Of a DNA stretch of 64,000 nt, positions 62,272 through 64,000 are shown piece by piece (positions within the stretch are counted from its first letter, which is position 1; every line of letters starts with the position of its first letter). Location: IMG/VR virus record IMGVR_UViG_3300026522_000001, positions 32,001 through 96,000 of that record. One strand, given 5' to 3'. The notes beneath the pieces were generated by a model. It did no database searches. It saw nothing but the letters and a program-made list of their open reading frames with translations, and was not told where the DNA came from. Origin of the DNA: a virus. Both the position numbers and the translations under genes were made by a program.

Positions 62272-63354
62272 TTATTTTTCCTCTACTTTTTCTGTTGTCT
62301 CTGAAACAACGTAACAACCTGTCACATCTTCAAGAACAACATATTTCCCTTCATTCATATAGATATTGATTTTACCAATATCCAATAATTTCACAAACTG
62401 CATCATTTTGTCAAGAAGGAATACACCTTTTACTGTGGCTTCTGTACTTGTTTCTGCTTCTAGTTCTTCTTTTGTCTGCCCTGTTGTGCTTTCCAAAAGT
62501 ACACTACCTTTATTCAATGTGATTCTTACCTTCGGATAGTCAACGATTGTACGAATGAAGTCACTTCTCTTTAATGCATTTAAGAAACTCATCTTATCTA
62601 CACTAAAATGCGGGAAATTCTCATAATTAAAGAATGGTGTAATGATATTCTTTGGGAAAATATCTTCTGTTGTCACAACTTTTTCATACACTTCAATGTT
62701 ATTTGTTGAAATCCTATACCCATCTGCTATCTTAGAGATGTTTACTAGATTTCTTGGAATCCTTGAAATGTGTTCAATGATTTCATTGTTCAATTCATTG
62801 AACGGAAGTTTTGTATTAACAATAGAGATTGTTTTAGCGTTTGTAGAAACAGTCTTACCATCAATACAAACAAATCTCTGAAATTCCGGATGTGACCATG
62901 CATCTTCTGGGATAGAGCATTTTCCTCTGCTGATAATTTCTTTTGCATTGTCTACAAAGAACTCAACAGAATCTTTATTTTCCGGCATAGAAAGAGGAAG
63001 GTCAATTTTATCTCCATTTTCATCAAACATAGCTTCTACCTTATATTTTCCTTTACCTGAAACAATCATAAGATAGTCACTCTTATTGTAGAGATATGTA
63101 TGGTCACTATCAAGTAGTTTAACAATACTATTAAACCTGCTAAGTTGTACTGTAATGCTACTCATAGGAATGTCTTTTTCATCGTTCAATACATTCTTAT
63201 AGACCATAGCAGTCTTTTTATTTGTTGCACCAAATTGGATGAGCTTATTTTCACTCACACTTATCTCAATAAGGTCACTCATTACATTTAGCTTATCCTG
63301 CTTAATGATGCTCTGAAACAAACTCAATGTAGCTTTTAGTGTTTTCGTATTCAT
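62272..63354 (-). CDS. DNA polymerase sliding clamp (beta-like)
   Basis: 360 aa with a three-domain beta-rich pattern. The call rests on size and replication-module context, with no strict motif. Confidence 0.45.
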   Translation of the reverse strand: MNTKTLKATLSLFQSIIKQDKLNVMSDLIEISVSENKLIQFGATNKKTAMVYKNVLNDEKDIPMSSITVQLSRFNSIVKLLDSDHTYLYNKSDYLMIVSGKGKYKVEAMFDENGDKIDLPLSMPENKDSVEFFVDNAKEIISRGKCSIPEDAWSHPEFQRFVCIDGKTVSTNAKTISIVNTKLPFNELNNEIIEHISRIPRNLVNISKIADGYRISTNNIEVYEKVVTTEDIFPKNIITPFFNYENFPHFSVDKMSFLNALKRSDFIRTIVDYPKVRITLNKGSVLLESTTGQTKEELEAETSTEATVKGVFLLDKMMQFVKLLDIGKINIYMNEGKYVVLEDVTGCYVVSETTEKVEEK

Positions 63355-63689
63355 AAATCTTCTTCTTCCTTTTCTTTTCTTGTGAATCCTTCTAAATCTG
63401 TGTTATTTGTATTTATATACAAACCATTATTGATGAATGAATCTTTTGTCCAGCAATAGTCATTATATTTAATAAGACTACCATGTGTTAGTTCATCAAA
63501 ATATAACATGTCTACTGCTGAATAGAATCCTTGTTTTTGAGCAAATAGATTCAACCAAACATCTTTTTCCTCTCCTGTCTTTTTCCATACACCGCTATGA
63601 AATCTTTTTTCATATAATCTTTTTGTTTCTTCATACGGTAAAAAGTAACTAATCAGCCCTTCCACTACTTGTTTCTTATATATTTTCAT
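63351..63689 (-). CDS. hypothetical protein
   Basis: 112-aa ORF. Confidence 0.4.
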   Translation of the reverse strand: MKIYKKQVVEGLISYFLPYEETKRLYEKRFHSGVWKKTGEEKDVWLNLFAQKQGFYSAVDMLYFDELTHGSLIKYNDYCWTKDSFINNGLYINTNNTDLEGFTRKEKEEEDL

Positions 63690-63730
63690 AACACACTATT
63701 TCACCTCCTTTACACTCTCTGTTTAGGTTT

Positions 63731-63759
63731 AGTTTAACACAAAAGCCCCTATATGTCAA
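63731..63759 (-). promoter_or_regulatory. sigma70-type promoter with its -35 box in a hairpin loop
   Basis: On the minus strand, TTGACA (63754-63759), a 17-nt spacer, and TGtTAAACT. The hairpin AAGCCCCTAT...ATAGGGGCTT surrounds the -35 box. Confidence 0.55.
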
Positions 63760-63782
63760 TAGGGGCTTACATTAAAATTATA

Positions 63783-63995
63783 TTATTTTTCCTTTTCCAT
63801 GTTTGCTAAAAGATTATGGTTGACATCAAACACAAATTCTTTTCTTTTAGTATCATATGGGAAGAATGGCATTGAGTGATAATTTACGTATCTACTCTTT
63901 GCTTGTTTGTCTGAAAGCCTTTGTTCTTTAATTGTTTTACATTTACAAAGCAACTCATCAATGTTATTTCTCATTGTCATGACGTAAGCTCCCAT
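63783..63995 (-). CDS. hypothetical protein
   Basis: 70-aa ORF at the window edge. Confidence 0.35.
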   Translation of the reverse strand: MGAYVMTMRNNIDELLCKCKTIKEQRLSDKQAKSRYVNYHSMPFFPYDTKRKEFVFDVNHNLLANMEKEK

Positions 63996-64000
63996 CTGGT

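Noticed and set aside
1-64000. Global genetic-code reassignment (code 4, TGA=Trp), suggested by the TGA at a Trp position.
   Set aside because: Very long ORFs, including the 2777-aa one, are intact under the standard code. Trp is encoded by TGG throughout, and TGA terminates many well-delimited genes. Only one suspicious TGA was seen.

Overview
This window is an AT-rich (about 30% GC by eye) tailed dsDNA phage or prophage segment with Firmicutes-style signals: TTGACA-17-TGnTATAAT promoters and GGAGG ribosome-binding sites. Positions 1-23.4 kb (minus strand) hold a complete late module. It runs TerS, TerL, portal, scaffold, decoration protein, lambda-E-type capsid, connectors, major tail, chaperone, then a 2777-aa tape measure with two lytic domains. 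Two paralogous homing-endonuclease-like genes interrupt this module. Positions 23.5-26.6 kb carry five minus-strand tRNAs, one of them (tRNA-Ile UAU) split by a 242-nt group I intron. The tRNAs surround a Ro60/TROVE-like vWA protein and follow a promoter-proximal structured RNA element that has a second copy at 219-327. Positions 26.6-27.5 kb are a divergent, ORF-free control region containing a perfect 32-bp inverted repeat. Positions 27.5-36.3 kb (plus strand) are an early module of small genes, including a metallophosphatase, PhoH, a PD-(D/E)XK nuclease, and one gene with an in-frame TGA at a conserved Trp. Positions 36.6-40.5 kb contain an isolated orphan adenine methyltransferase, a GC-rich two-gene island, and a 1.1-kb iteron and DnaA-box origin-like region. 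Positions 40.5-64 kb (minus strand) are a replication, recombination and nucleotide-metabolism module. It encodes a clamp, clamp loader, RecA-like protein, RecU-like and Cas4-like nucleases, dUTPase, dCMP deaminase and an NYN RNase, and includes a promoter-driven 1.2-kb ORF-free hairpin-rich region. Noncoding content is unusually high. All functional calls rest on motifs read by eye and on gene order, not on database searches.
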